A DNA stretch of 62,413 nt, filler included, from Choristocarpus tenellus KU-1152 (Eukaryota; Protista; Phaeophyceae): the NCBI GenBank assembly GCA_964200185.2. It is 12 parts of 12 records of this genome, joined end to end, with 100 filler letters (N's around TTAATTAATTAA, not from the genome) between each part and the next. Parts side by side here need not be neighbours in the genome. Positions count along the whole stretch, not along the records: positions 34,972 to 40,020 come from CAXNAD020012045.1; positions 40,121 to 44,724 come from CAXNAD020013826.1; positions 44,825 to 52,267 come from CAXNAD020006150.1; positions 52,368 to 56,981 come from CAXNAD020013792.1; 8 more parts are not named here. The stretch is one strand, 5' to 3'. A model generated the notes under the pieces. It was not told where the DNA came from. It saw only the letters and a list, made by a program, of their open reading frames with translations, and made no database searches. Shown one piece after another: positions 38,801 through 52,424 of this stretch. How positions within the stretch are numbered: position 1 is the first letter of the stretch; each line of letters begins with the position of its first letter. The translations under genes were made by a program, and so were the position numbers.

Positions 38801-39743
38801 AGCCATTGTTTGAACCATGAGATAATTTTATCACATCTCCATCCTTGTCGCGGATGGCACATGGTAACCCTAACCCTGAACCTGTGAAAAGTCCTAACCC
38901 TAACCCTAACCCTTTGCCGCAATTGGAGTCTCTGATAACTAACCGTGGCATGAAGGCAAGACAAGAACGTACAACTGTCTTCCCAAAAATAAAAAAGGAG
39001 GTAAGGCTGTCTGTCCCCCGGGAGAGCCCCGCCCATCCCACCTTGACCTGAGGCCTTTAACATTTACTCCATACCATGGTTGGTGATCTTGTTGTGGCTA
39101 ACGTCCAGGAACGTTATGGTGTCGTTTCGGATCAGGCCCGTCATGAGCATCCTCATCAGATCGTCGTCTATGAGGTTACTCTGTCGAAGAGGTAATGGGG
39201 GGGGGGATGACTGCCGTGGGATCTAAGAAAGGGGGCATGCTCAGATTATTGTTTCAGAAGAATTGTCAGAGGGGGGCAATGGGATGGAAATCTTCCCGAT
39301 GCGTGCATGCATGCGTGCGCTCACTCGCATGTGTGTGTGTAGGTGTCTGCCACCTCTGTGTCACTGCGTCTACACCTGTGGGTGAACACAAATGCACTCA
39401 TTGAATTCTTGGTGACCCCATCGTGCACCCAACCTTCAGAAATAAAAATTAAAAACTACTGCGGTCCGAAAACAAAAAAAATAAAACAATATTTTTTGTC
39501 GAGGGTAGGTTCACTCGGCCTCTCCTCCTACAGCTTCGAACTCCCCTTATTTTTTATTCCTTTCTTGCCCCCCCTCCCCTCCCCCACCCCCCCGCTGTGT
39601 CTTCTCACTTGCAGCACCAATGACGTGAGGTGTGTGGACTGCTGTATGGTCTTGGCCAGGCAGCTAGCGTCAGAGATCTTCATCCCGAACAGCATGCGCT
39701 CGTACTTCATGCCGATCTCGTGAACCCCGTAAGTCAAGTCCAG
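35875..39743 (-). CDS. TCTE1: Dynein regulatory complex subunit 5 (TCTE1/DRC5), LRR region, four internal exons
   Basis: Exons 39609-39743, 39075-39180, 38284-38354 and 35875-36032 splice in phase to LDLTYGVHEIGMKYERMLFGMKISDASCLAKTIQQSTHLTSLVLQ|SNLIDDDLMRMLMTGLIRNDTITFLDVSHNKITNHG|ARLLSKLLGERSVLVSLNMADNQ|VHAEGGRYLGRALRTNKSLVDLNLRLNRLTDEGGRMLMEGMRENTTLTRLNL. YGVxxIGMxYxxxLFGM followed by RI-type LRRs is characteristic of TCTE1. Confidence 0.9.
36526..36797 (-). mobile_element. Degenerate MITE family A copy in a DRC5 intron
   Basis: atgaaaggtgtgtcc...aaaatcgcgacattggatt is the reverse complement of the family A body. Confidence 0.65.
37795..37967. repeat. 15-bp AT-rich minisatellite (agatatattatatac)n
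   Basis: About 11 near-identical units, read directly from the sequence. Confidence 0.9.
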
Positions 39744-39943
39744 CTGAAGGGTTAGGGATTTTTAGGATAGTGTGAGGTCACGCAAGGGTTGGGAGTAGGG
39801 GGGACACCATGAACTGCGAAGGCGTGTCTTCTGTTGGCAAAAATATGTGACGACTATGGACATAGATCGTGCACAGAGGTACACTGAGCATTTGAGACCT
39901 CGGGGTGCTTCGGACGCGCCATGCACTGCTCTCTCGAAAAAGC

Positions 39944-39997
<54 letters not shown>

Positions 39998-40120
39998 AAA
40001 AAAGAAATAACCCCACCAACNNNNNNNNNNNNNNNNNNNNNNNNNNNNNNNNNNNNNNNNNNNNTTAATTAATTAANNNNNNNNNNNNNNNNNNNNNNNN
40101 NNNNNNNNNNNNNNNNNNNN

Positions 40121-40270
40121 CTACCCCAAGGGCTGGCAAATTTTTCAATAATGCCTTGCTCTTCAATAGTATTAACACACGAGTCAATTACTTGTTGAGT
40201 ACGGGGGTTTGCTCTGTAAGGGTTCCTGTCAACAGGTTTGGTACCAGGCTCTATAGGAATTTCTGCTTCA
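40121..40270 (-). mobile_element. Second Gypsy fragment (pre-RT region) from a different copy or family
   Basis: EIPIEPGTKPVDRNPYRANPRTQQVIDSCVNTIEEQGIIEKFASPWG parallels NFLLQPGTKPVSRPPYR...GIIKPSSSPWAS in the 31805-33903 element. Confidence 0.85.
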
Positions 40271-40529
40271 GAGCTAAAGTATCTTAGAGGGTAGGGCCGA
40301 GTCCATTTGGTGGTCAAAATCCAATGTCGCGATTTTGATGTAATTTTGGGCGTCGTGTTTGTTAGGAAGCGTCAGTATCCTTGTTGTGGACATACATTAT
40401 AATAACTTGTACATTTTACCTACTCCAAAACATTTTGGAGTAGGAGAATATCATAACCAAACCCAGGGGAAGCCAAGTCCCAAATGGACAAACAGGGCAA
40501 AACTCGTACCCTCTAAGATACTTTCACTC
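40271..40529 (+). mobile_element. MITE family A, no TSD
   Basis: Same TIRs and body; flanks are TTCA and AGTC. Confidence 0.92.
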
Positions 40530-41794
40530 AGTCATAAGGAGTGATGTGCAGTTCACATTCCACAATAAAGACATTCCCACAAGATGCGGACACACATTGG
40601 TCTGCAGAAACCGCGACTTGATCAACACATGTATTGTATTGCATGCAGTGCAACATAAACTTACATCAGAAGGGTTTGTAAATGACTCCAGTCGTGCATA
40701 GGTATATTCCGCATTGATGGCCAGTATGTATGCAGCATCACGCATTTGCACTCCCCCCGCATAGATGGCCACTACAACTCGCTCTTGATCTATTATTCCC
40801 TTGAAGAAGGAGTGACCAAAGTCGGGCCATTCAGACACTAGTCCAAGATAAAGACCCCTTGCCCCCTGAAAATCCACAGGGACATAGAGGGGAAGTTTGC
40901 TAAGGGAGAAGAGACCGCCAGTGTTGGAGGGAAATCTCATTCGCAATTTCGCTTACAAACCTACATGCATGCAGGGTAGAAGTGGGCACTGGGAAGAAGT
41001 GGGTATGTGTGGTGCTATCTCACACCCAGTAGCCTGGATGAACCAACCAAATAAGTTACAGCGCAAGAGTTCAATGCCCATTTGAAACTGATGAACATTG
41101 AAGTACTACCTACAATTTTATAGCGTTTATTTACCATTCTCTCCTTACTGTGGCAATTTAGCTATTTTATTGAAGACCAACACAAAATACTCAAGAAGAC
41201 TGTACAAATGACACAAGAGTTGACAATAAAAATATCTGTTTTGATTGCCTTGGGCCTGACTGCATTGTACACCTCTGTCAAAGCGTTATAGTTTCCTCTA
41301 TGTTTTGCTATTGCATTTGAGGCGTTGGTGATAGCTCCCCTCAGTTACAATCTAGAAAACAAAACAAAACGAAGGGCATACTTGGAAGTACTTTGAACCA
41401 ATCACAAACATATTACCATCACTCACCTCTTCATGCTCTTTGACAAATCTGATCGTTGGATTTCTCTACTTACAAAAATAGCGGTTGATATGAAACAAAC
41501 GATTCACCTCTTTTGTGACGTCCTTGAGATTCTTTTCATAGTATTGTAGGATTTTGGCTGCAAGGTCCTTCTCATCGTCAAAGAATTTTGATTGTTTCAA
41601 ATTCAAAACCTGTATATTAGACGAGACAGGGTCCAGGAAACACACAATATCTGATTGTGTGATAACCACAGTTTGGGGGGGAGTCATATGGGTCTCGCAC
41701 AACATCGACTTGTAGCGGCTGGTGAATATAACGTATATTATCACACAACATCGACTCTGGTACATATCCATGAATGTATCTTCTATAGTAAATC

Positions 41795-42071
41795 TTACCA
41801 AAAGTAAACGAGAGGTACCACAGGTTTTGCCTGTTTTACATTTCCAAGTCCATTTTTCAACATATTGTAATTCTCCCATATTTATACTCTATGGATAACG
41901 TTCTATCAGGGACTTGAGAGCGTTTATTTCTCCGTTGTGTGAAACTGTTCCGACACAATTCAGAAAATGTCCTGTACACATTTGTAAAAACGAAACGAAA
42001 CGAGTTTTGCGTATACATTTCTCGGCATCCTTAAAATGCAACTCTGGGTACCTCTCGTTTACTTTTGATTC
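41795..42071 (+). mobile_element. MITE family C with a perfect 21-bp TIR core
   Basis: CAAAAGTAAACGAGAGGTACC (41799-41819) is the reverse complement of 42047-42067. Related copies at about 29121-29340, 36098-36445, 44965-45035 and 59890-59939; the 36098 and 59939 copies terminate in GAGCCAAAGC. Confidence 0.82.
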
Positions 42072-45000
42072 TCTATGCATTTGTGACAACACAGAACATG
42101 AAAATATTTGCTTCAAGAATTCCAAAAAGCATAAATTTGCAAGGTGTTTTGTCAAAGTTGTTCCATGTTGCTTGATATGTCCAGCCTCTGGAGTGCAAGC
42201 TCAATAAATTCCAGGATAACATTCTGTTAGTGAGTCAGTATCGCAAGGGATTACATTCATAAAGTACCCATACTATAGGGCTGTTTGATAGGATGTGCCT
42301 GAAACGGGATGATCTATCTCCAAGGACGACTCTGATAAATCAAACCAATGATTGATCCACACAAATAACTTCAAGGATGACAGGTGAAGGCGAAAAAGAA
42401 AAAAGTACCAACCATATTTCTTCTTTCCCTATAAGATGCGAGCTCACTGTTTCTTACGCTAAGAGCAGCCTACAAGGGTGAGTTTGTGCTCCGACAGGTC
42501 CAAAAATGCATAAATCATAGGTCTTCTCCAATGTTGATACTTTTTGTCTGACTACAAAAAAGAGAGGGGTGCTTTTCAAATCGAATGTGAGTACTTTTAG
42601 TTGATGTGTAAAACACCTGAGGTTGCACATATTTGCTTAGCTCCTTCTCAAACTCTTTTGGTTTAGTTTTCTTTTTGTTGTAGTCCCCATAGCTTTCCTG
42701 GAGCTAAAAAGAGAAACACAGTAGCATATTACAAAAGGGAAAAGGGTTAGCGGGCCTGGTAAAGTGGACAGCCTGTTGTGGCAAGAGGGGAAGGTGAAAG
42801 CTTTGGGAGCCAGGAAACGTTAATGGCCGATGGTGCTGTATGTATCAAGATATCTTCTGTGTTTCATGGTAGAAGGAGGCTTATCACCTGCTTGTTACTC
42901 CATGCACATATCCCCCTCTCACCAAGGTTTAGACTTGGTCCTTACCCACTCACTTCAATAAGATGTGTGAAAGTGACATGTTGTCTTTGAGGAATGTTTA
43001 TACATCACAGCAAGAGTCTAGGCTGGACGATATTTAGGTCTTGGTCTTTAATTCTACCATACAATATGCCCGTGTCCTTCTTAGTATTAGACCTCCTGCA
43101 AACATTCTTTTTCCTGGCCATCCAAGAACAGCTCGGAAAACAGCACTGAACCAAACCAGTTGAGAGGTAGGCAGGTCTGGACCCTTTTTGTATTCTAATC
43201 TATCTGTGTTACCCTGTGCAATACACTCTATTTCATCTCTTCATGTGCACAGTAGTGTAGGAAAAATTGATATCCCCCCTTTCCACACACAAAGTCACGC
43301 CACAATTCAGCAAATGCTCTTATATACAACTACAAAATGTCGTATTCTCATATTTTTGGTTGTTCTCTGGATCCCTAAAACGCGACCTTGCCTACCTCTC
43401 AACTACTTCGGCTCAATTCATAATGAACTAATCGAGGACTCAACACCATTAAGTGTCATGGGTAACTTTTGTTAGTCGGTGAAAAAGGAAATCTCTCTGC
43501 GGAAAAGCAGTGAACTCACCTGAAAAGCTGCAAGTTGTATTGAATCCTTGGCGTTGCCACGATATACCCCATTTATGACATCATTCACAGCCTGTCGGAG
43601 GGAGTATGAAAGAGGTTTTGCTTCACTTCGGCACCACAGAGTATATGCCCCAAATATAGGAATGGCATTTCATTATAATAATATTTACTGTATGTATTTT
43701 CGGCGTGAGAGGGAAGGTGGCAACATCAATTCATCCTAAACGAAAAAACGAAACCAAACCTCATCTACATCCACGTAATTATTTCAAGGCTCTGGTAGTA
43801 TACCATAGTCAGACCATAACAAATAGGTGGTTTGCCCTCCCTTGATATGGAGGCAATGTGTATGGAGTGAGGGGTGAGGTAGATGGACTATCCGAACAAG
43901 TGCGTACTGCTTTGAAGGTACCTGGTGTGGGAACTACAAGTGAAAAATATTGGTTATTTTGTTCGGTGAATTACAGTTATGGCAAATTCTTCATGAGAAG
44001 TGGTGCCACACACGACTATTCCTATAGTGTTGTGTTTATCGATCCATTCTGCTGGCCCAATGTATGTGACATACTGGGCAGTGTAAGTTAATAGTATTGC
44101 AAGGAGGAGCAGAGATTTTGAAATCATAAGGACTGCTTTTGGGGGATATCATGTAGGACCATTTTAGTTTTGCCAGGCGATTCTTCGACTTGTGCTTTAG
44201 GGGTCCCCAAACGAATTACCTACTACTACTAATGGTGCCTGGGAAGTAGTTACAGTTGTTTAACACCATTCAGAAAGTGAAATTAGTGAGTAGTCGTAAC
44301 AATCACTTTTGGAAGCTAATTTTTGAAGTACTCTTACCATTTTAGCAAGTGTGACATGCTATCGTGCTCGCTAAAATGTTAAGAGTGTGTTTTCGCGGCA
44401 TTATCAACAAAGGTGACGGGTGTGTACACTCACCAAAAAGGTTACTCACGATATGAGTTGTAGTGAAAACTAGTGAAGACCTAGACCTATGCGATACGTC
44501 CTAGCAAGTCGTCTTCGCCTCTCAGATCGTATCAACTCCCATATGGAAGGCCTCTCCGATTTGACCCACACTAGGGTTGCGCTTGGTGGATTGGTGGTAT
44601 TGACAAGTCCAACAGGGTCTACTCTTCGCAAGGAACCCAATGGTGACCACCCTCCGCTCTGAGGGTCAAAGTATCTGAGGGGGGGGGTGTCGGCGTCCGT
44701 TTTTACTCTTTTTTGATTTTCACTNNNNNNNNNNNNNNNNNNNNNNNNNNNNNNNNNNNNNNNNNNNNTTAATTAATTAANNNNNNNNNNNNNNNNNNNN
44801 NNNNNNNNNNNNNNNNNNNNNNNNCCAAATGGACGGCCGCCACCCCCTCCCAGATACTTTGAGCCCAATGGTGTACACAAAATTGATATCCATTCCTCCT
44901 TTTACACACACAGAGTGGTGTCCCCACAATCCAGCAAAGACTCTTTCTGCAATTGCACAAAATGTATGTCTTTGCCCTTTCTCGGCATCCTTGAAATGCA

Positions 45001-46417
45001 ACCCCCCCTACCTATTAGTTGGTGGTTTGACTCTTTGCACTTCATAAGAATATAAGTGCGGTCTACTGTAGGAGTTCTGAGATAGAGCCAGAATTTCAAC
45101 AACCTCTGTGATACCAGAAATGGGGGGAGTAACAATCAACTTCATCTCTTGCATGCCTACTATTGGTCAGCCTTGCATTGATCATTACAACAATTTCTTC
45201 ACAAGTATATGCAAAAAAAGAACCATCGAAAAACAGCCTGAAAATATGTAAACTCGAAATCAACTTCAAAACGGATAGTGCAAAGAAACTACCCTGGGCA
45301 AACTGAGGCATATGAAGTGAAACAATGGAGGACCCCGCAGACTAATATTCCCTCACTCCTCGCCCACACCTTTCGAGGGCTAGGCTAGAGGCACACTGGT
45401 CTGAACATTGGTTCGTAGGGAACAATCTCCAAGAGGACTTTGTTGTACGACTCAGTTTTTGCTGGAGAAAGTTCTTTTCAAGTATAAAATACAAGAAGAT
45501 TTCACAGTCCTGATTTTGGTCTTCTTCCTCCCCTTACACATCTCTATAAGGTCAGGAGGCGTAAGAATAAAAAATGGGGAAACTAGAAGGGCTCTTCACT
45601 CTCCTCTTTTCCAAAACTCATCGGATAAAATCACCAATATACTAGGCGCTCACTTGCTGTTCCTTCTTTTTTTGCGGCTGTTTGTAACATGTACTAGTAT
45701 TATGGAGTACATGTTTCTATATTTGTTAGTTCCTTCATATATTCAAAATCCGATCTTAAAATACTTTGTCCTTCAAAAGTCATAGTAGCCGTGTTTCTTC
45801 TCGGGGTTGTTCCTACTTGCGTCTATTAAGGCTCTCTGGATCATATATACCAACCGAGAGCAGGATTTGCACTACACTCTCATTCCCAAACCAGACAATT
45901 TTTCCAATCTTTCGTAACGAGACAGGTCGTTATTTTTTCTACTTTTTGAATATGTCCAGATTACCTGGTCTGTATACTACTGTACATACTATTTGTCGTA
46001 CCCACTAAATGCCAGTTTCCAGACATCTTCATTTTGGGGTAAACAATACTTGGCCTATCACAGTCAATTCTACTCTAGACAATCAATTTCATAGCCAGGC
46101 CAGTGACCCGTAATTCCACACCCTTCCCTCATCTTCAGGATTCCGCTTATTCTCTTCTAGTAACTCACAACCAATTATCAACAAAAAATACAAAACATCA
46201 CAGCACTCACTGCAATCCGTCCATCATTTAATACACAAGACCAAGCCCACAATCTAGCTTGCAGGCACGTAAATAAATATATGTACATATCGAACTGGAA
46301 AATGCCCCTCATCCTTAAAATCCTACATTTTGAGATAATATTTTTTGCAGCACCCATGAGTATCACTGTGTTTTGAAGAAAGAAGAAGGGGGAAATAATA
46401 CAACCGCTTCACACCAG

Positions 46418-46689
46418 ACATCAAAATATCTACGAGGGTAGGGCCGCGTCCGTTCAGGGTCATAGATCCAATGTTGCGATTTTGATGAATTTTGGCTATC
46501 ATGCTTGTTAGCAAGTGTCAATATCCTTACTCCGGACACACCTTTCATGGTCCTATACACTTTACCCACTCTCAAACCCGAAATGTTCACACAGAAAACC
46601 GAAAAGGGCATAAAATAACGGTTGAAAGCCAAGCTCCAATGAACGGACAAGTGGGGCAAAACTTCTTACCCTCTTAAATCCTTTGGCTC
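46418..46689 (+). mobile_element. Degenerate MITE family A copy
   Basis: The internal tccaatgttgcgattttgatgaattttggctatc...ggacacacctttcat and eroded TIRs align with family A. Confidence 0.75.
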
Positions 46690-48209
46690 ACCTGGTCCAA
46701 GGCAAAACCCAGGTTCACCCACAACCTCTACCCAAACAGCCTGGTCATGGTGAGTGTCCATAAAGTCGGCGATGAACTTTATCGCTGAAGCACCATTGAG
46801 TCCCAGCTGGCAGAAGAAGAAAAGTGGGAAATGGTGAGAAGAACCATATAGATCCAACCCCTCATCTTGACTGATATAGGGCAGGACCTGAGCCTCACAA
46901 ACAAGGGGGGTCCACCATTCATTGTTGTGTTGTAGGTCATTGGTGGGAGGAAAGTGGTTGAGGTTAAGAGACATCATGCAAGGCCTTTTGGGCTGTGGTT
47001 GAAGCAAGGAACGGCTCAGGGCATTCCTTATCACAGGTATCCAGGTACATCTCGATTTTCATGCGCCCACAAGATCCTACTTGGAAAGCGGTCTGCATAC
47101 TAAAGGTATTTAATACTCTGGATGAATGAAAGAGACACAATCCCTCCTACCGCTGAGAACCTCTTTCCTATCCCATATCCATAGGACGGCAAGGTCTGTG
47201 GGTTTCTTCAATCATCGTTCTCCCCACCATAATGATTCAACTACAACAAAGGCAGCGAGACGCTTACGATAAGCCAAGTCCCTGTGGGTTGAAGTATTCC
47301 GTACGTCACTGCTGACGTGCCTACAGTGGTTGTACTCCAAAGGTCAACCCTGACCGGATTGCCTTCGTTACCAATGACGATCATCGTACACGAGTAAGTC
47401 TGGATGATGGAGGGTAAGTCTGGATGCCGGTCACGCCCGTGACTCCAAAAACGTTGCATTCAGAGGCAAGAAGCCCACACGCGATCTCCGCCCCTACCCC
47501 TCGAACAAAGAGATCCAATCCGTTGCCCATATAGGCGGGGCCCTAGGCGTATTCCTGCCGTTAACGGAATAGGACTCCTCTTCTATCTTGTGCTGATGGA
47601 GACTCCAGACGGACGATCAACTATAGTTGAGAAGAGATCTGTCCTTCCGATGCTCCGCCCCTCCAGATTTCAAGCTCCGCCGAGTCACCACCCTATACGG
47701 TAAGCAGAGACAAGATTTGTTTTTGGCCTGCGGGGAAGGAGCAGCAGATTGGTTTGCTGCTTCGGATAATATGTACGTGTGCTGAAATCATTTGTAAAAC
47801 GTCCTTATCAGAAACCGTCCGTCTCGAAGAAAAATAAAATTACTTCTATAACAAATGGTGTACATCGCAACTACTGCTGTTTGAACGAGGCTTGGGCAAG
47901 AGTAAAAGACGGAAAGAAAACACGACGGACCTGTCTATCCTTCTTGGTCAACACATCCCATTGTCCCTTCCATTTTGCGTAGAATATCATTGCAGTTGAC
48001 ATTTTCCAAAAGTTGAAGAGCAATAATATCCAAGTGTGCGCTCTATCAACGATCCCTATAGAACTGAGGGTTGCCAGCTGTACGAAACTCCTGCTATTGC
48101 AGGTTATTCGAGCCACCCCAGCCCCTGTTTCCAATCAAGCGTCGCATTATTTGGTCGAGGAACCATATATATGTATATATATATACTCTGGAGTATATTC
48201 CAGCTTCGT

Positions 48210-48247
<38 letters not shown>

Positions 48248-51200
48248 GACCTACGACAGAGCAAGCAAAACAACGGCAAACCAGGCAGGCAAGAGACAGG
48301 GTGGACTGTTATAAAGCTGCCAATGGCCAGTCCGTACATAGTAGCAAGGTTGGCGACGAGATCGATGGAAAAAGGAAACTGTGGAAGAGGTGTCACTTGC
48401 CGTTCGGTCGGACCGCTGGTCGATGTGGTCAGACAATGATCTTGAGTCCATCCCAACCACAATGTGATCGGCAAGGGGATTCAAGAAGGATCTGACAGTG
48501 GGCATTGCACACGCAGTGGGGGAGAATATCCATGGTAGAGGTGTGCAGGTCGCGGCATGAGCACTCGCTTAGCCTGACATGCGTTGTCCAACCCATGGGC
48601 TGCCTTGGTGTCAATAGGGTAGACAATAACACTCCATGCATAGCAGGAAGGTGGAAGGAGAGGATAACATTTTGTGTACATAGCATACACTTGATATAAT
48701 AGTGAGTAGGACAGTTCTGACCTAAGTTAGCGAAGAGATCAGATGCTTCCTATTACAATGTTAGTATCAAGAGATGTGTCAAGGGCGCAGTGCAGAGGAT
48801 TGTGTACAGGTCATTGGAAAATAACTCATTACTGATGTTCGAATAGGTACGGGGGTCTCTTCAATATACTTACACGACCTATTCCTTTAAATGAATGATT
48901 CTGTACATTACATTACATCACATCAAGTAGGGTATAGACAATACGAGTCAGAGTCCTTCGATTCGTAACCGCCACCGGCTCTAGAGCTCTCCATCTCCAT
49001 TTCCGTCTCCCTCTGTGTGAGCACTGTACCTCTTTGTGTGTGTGTGTGTCTTCGTCGTGTGTGAAATATTGACCACCTACTCAACCTCCTACAAGCGGTG
49101 GTGGTAGTAGTACTCTCTTTTCGGTGTGATGGCGGATTCTTGATTCCTTAGTAAAGACGGTGGTGCAGTAATCGTACGTGTATGCCTGTCGTGATGACTG
49201 ACACAGGACTGAAAAGCAAGTTTCATCGTCCCCATCCTCCTGCGGAAATTGCAGCAGCAGAAAGATAGTAGAAGGTGTCCACTAGATTCGCCTTTGCTTG
49301 TGTTCACTTCGATTCCTTTTTGCTTGGACTTCGCCAGGTGTTTCCTGGCAGAAAATACCAGTATTGTAGGTGCCCATATTATAAACTATTACTTGCACGA
49401 GACGTGTCAGCTTTGATTATCATCTTCTCACCATGTGTAGGAACACTGATACGTTGAGAGACAAGGCTATGGTGTGGGAATCAACCTGGGATGGGCAATG
49501 AAATTCAAAACATGTCAAAAAAGGTTTGTCTTGTTGAAGTACACTTACATCTCTTACGAGGCAAGTGTAAGGAAACACACATGGCACTAACGTAACTTCT
49601 TGAGTGCATTTTTAATACATGAGCACAAACGTGCCTGACATTGTCTTTCTCCTTAATCCATGAGTGAATGCGTTTGTTGTCTATCATTCAACACACTAAG
49701 AAAGATTTAGAAAAGTAGAACAAGTCCAGGTATTGAAAACACAAACATGGTTGTGCCACACTTCAGTGAGTCTCTACTTAACCCTTATCTAAGCCACATG
49801 GAAAAGACAAAGCAAGTTATCATGTCCCTGTGAATCAAGAGCAAGAGCAAAGATATTAATTGTATGTAAACTTCAGGCGATCTTTTTTTCCCAGTACTTC
49901 ATTCAATTCAACTTCAATTTGGTGTTCAGTAGTCCAACAAGTGAAAAGAAGGGGGGTGATTATACTATATTGCTGTGGTGAAGCGCAAGGGGTTGCGGAA
50001 TCACTGCTGACTCTCCCAGTAGTAGACTACAGTATCCAAAATCACCTCGGTAGGATTGCTCATCCTGTCCTTACGTGTGAAAGCTCATCGCACTCAATTT
50101 CCTTTCAATCTGGTAGAAACTATAGGAACTGACAGAGAAGCGGTCTCAGGACTGTCTAGAACAACATGCACAGCACTGTATATATAGTAGCTTTTCATGG
50201 TCACTGCTTCATCCTGAAGGTGGTGCAGGCATTACACATAGTCTACTGGGCGCACAGCTCTCCATTCATATAGGGTGGGCTACCCAATGAACAAGAAGTA
50301 CCCAAGAGGATTGAATGTCAGAAGAATTAAAAGAAAGGAGAGCAACAGAGTTATACCATCTCACAGGGCGTGATGAGTTTACAGTGCTCTGATGAGGGAC
50401 GACTGGTTGTGGCACACGTATTTTGAGTGCTATGGAGGGTATATTCAGGAAACAATGATATGCTCGCAGCTAATCTTCTCTACAGCCATACCGCACCCAA
50501 TAAGCGGGGGTTAACTGCAATTCAGGCACGGGGATAGTACATATTGCACAAGGTTCAAAAAGACATTGAAACTCAAAAGGGTCAAAATCGACCCCCCTCT
50601 AAGATACTTTCACTCACGGTCATACCAGTCATATGCTCAAAGTATCTGGGGGGGGGGGGGGGGGGGAGCCGCGTTCCTGTNNNNNNNNNNTAGACTATTT
50701 TCCTTCCGGGCACTACAGGTAATATGGCAAGGGTGGGGGGGGGGGGGGGGGGGGGGGGTAGCCGCTGTCCATTTGGAGTAAATTTTTTCATGTCGCGATT
50801 TTTTGGGTGATTTGGTTGCATACGTCAGATGGATAATGTAAGTGCACTTTTCCTGGTTTTGACCCAAATGGACACCCTGGTGTAGACAGCTCCCCCCCCC
50901 ACAGATAATTTGGGTCGTATCCTTCTTCACCTATGCAACCATGCGACAAATCACATCAAAACACACTACTCATCACAATAGCAGCATATATTCGCACTAA
51001 AACTCTCTCCTCACTCCCCCTAAATTCACTGCAGAGATGGTGCCATATTCGGTCCTATTTTCTCCAACACCTACCTGAGATGTGTCTGTCCCAATCCATG
51101 ACACCAGAGGTACACGAATACAACCACATCACGATAAATATTGTGTGGGTAGAGCTACCAATCGCCTCATCTACACCTACATCAATAGAATCAGCCCATG

Positions 51201-52189
51201 TACAAAGCAGTGGTCAAAATATCAGAGTTGATCTGCCGCACCATAGTCCAGGTTGGAGAATATGTTCTCGTACCTCTTCCTAATATAGTAAAAGCCACCA
51301 TGTGTATGAACAGATGCTGGAAGAGAGCCTGGAGGTGGTACGGTGCACAGCATCATTCCAGAGCTTCTTCCTGCCCACGGGTATTTACAGGGGATCACAC
51401 CATGTAGTGTAGTAACACAAAGCACTATCTCCTGCATAGAAGGCTAGAATATCAAACTTATGTAGCAGAGAGATAAACTTGAGGGATCCCCTACCTTCCC
51501 CTATTTGTTTGGTCAAGCAGCAAGCAAAACGCACACAACTTCAAAAAAACTGAGACCGCACACTCAGTCATATTATAAATAATGTTTGTGTATAAAGCAT
51601 GTTGCTCATAGAATGAAATACAGAACAGAGGGAGAAACCTCGTAGAAGAGAAGAGGGTATAAAAAACAGATAAAAAGAAAGGCTGAGAAAAATAATAGTG
51701 AGGCCAAAAAAAAAGGTGCTGGTCCAACCTGCTGCACGAGCAGACAAGGACGCCACAAAAAACAGGAAAACAAACTAACCTAATGACATAAATCAAATAG
51801 CAACACAAAAGCTGCAAAATCAACTGCATTGATCGGAAAAGGTACCATCCCCACATATCCCTTGGACAAGTCCTCCACGCACCCCACCTCTACATACAAG
51901 GCAGACAGCGGCAGACTCTTCACACACGCACAATAAACGATATTTTTCCTTCCCACAGGGAAGCGCAGAAGAAACTCTCTGTGATTCGACGCATCAACAC
52001 CAAGCCATTATCACCATCACCACCACCATCGCTATCTTAATCATGGCGGGAACAACCGTTCATATAAAAGCATTTTTTTTCCAAGACTTGGTCTTTGCAT
52101 AGGGGTTGAAGTGGAAGTGACATCGGTGGCTGTTGTTTCTGAAACTATACCCATTGGTATTGTGTCACCTGGAACTGGAAAGGCAGAGG

Positions 52190-52424
52190 AGAGCAAAGTA
52201 TCTTAGAGGGTAGAGCCGCCTCCATTTGGGGATCAAAATACAATGTTGTGATTTTGATGTAATTTTGNNNNNNNNNNNNNNNNNNNNNNNNNNNNNNNNN
52301 NNNNNNNNNNNTTAATTAATTAANNNNNNNNNNNNNNNNNNNNNNNNNNNNNNNNNNNNNNNNNNNNATGTTGTGATTTTGATGTAATTTTGGCTATCGT
52401 GTACCCTCTAAGATAGTTTCACTC
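52190..52424 (+). mobile_element. MITE family A spanning a gap, internally deleted on the right; a further 3' fragment lies at about 50575-50615
   Basis: Left TIR at about 52190; right TIR taccctctaagatagtttcactc ends near 52424. The 25 bp atgttgtgattttgatgtaattttg occurs on both sides of the spacer. Confidence 0.8.

Noticed and set aside
46730-47700. Possible minus-strand exons (LGLNGASAIKFIADFMDTHHDQAVWVE)
   Set aside because: One plausible exon only; no phase-consistent model or family could be built.
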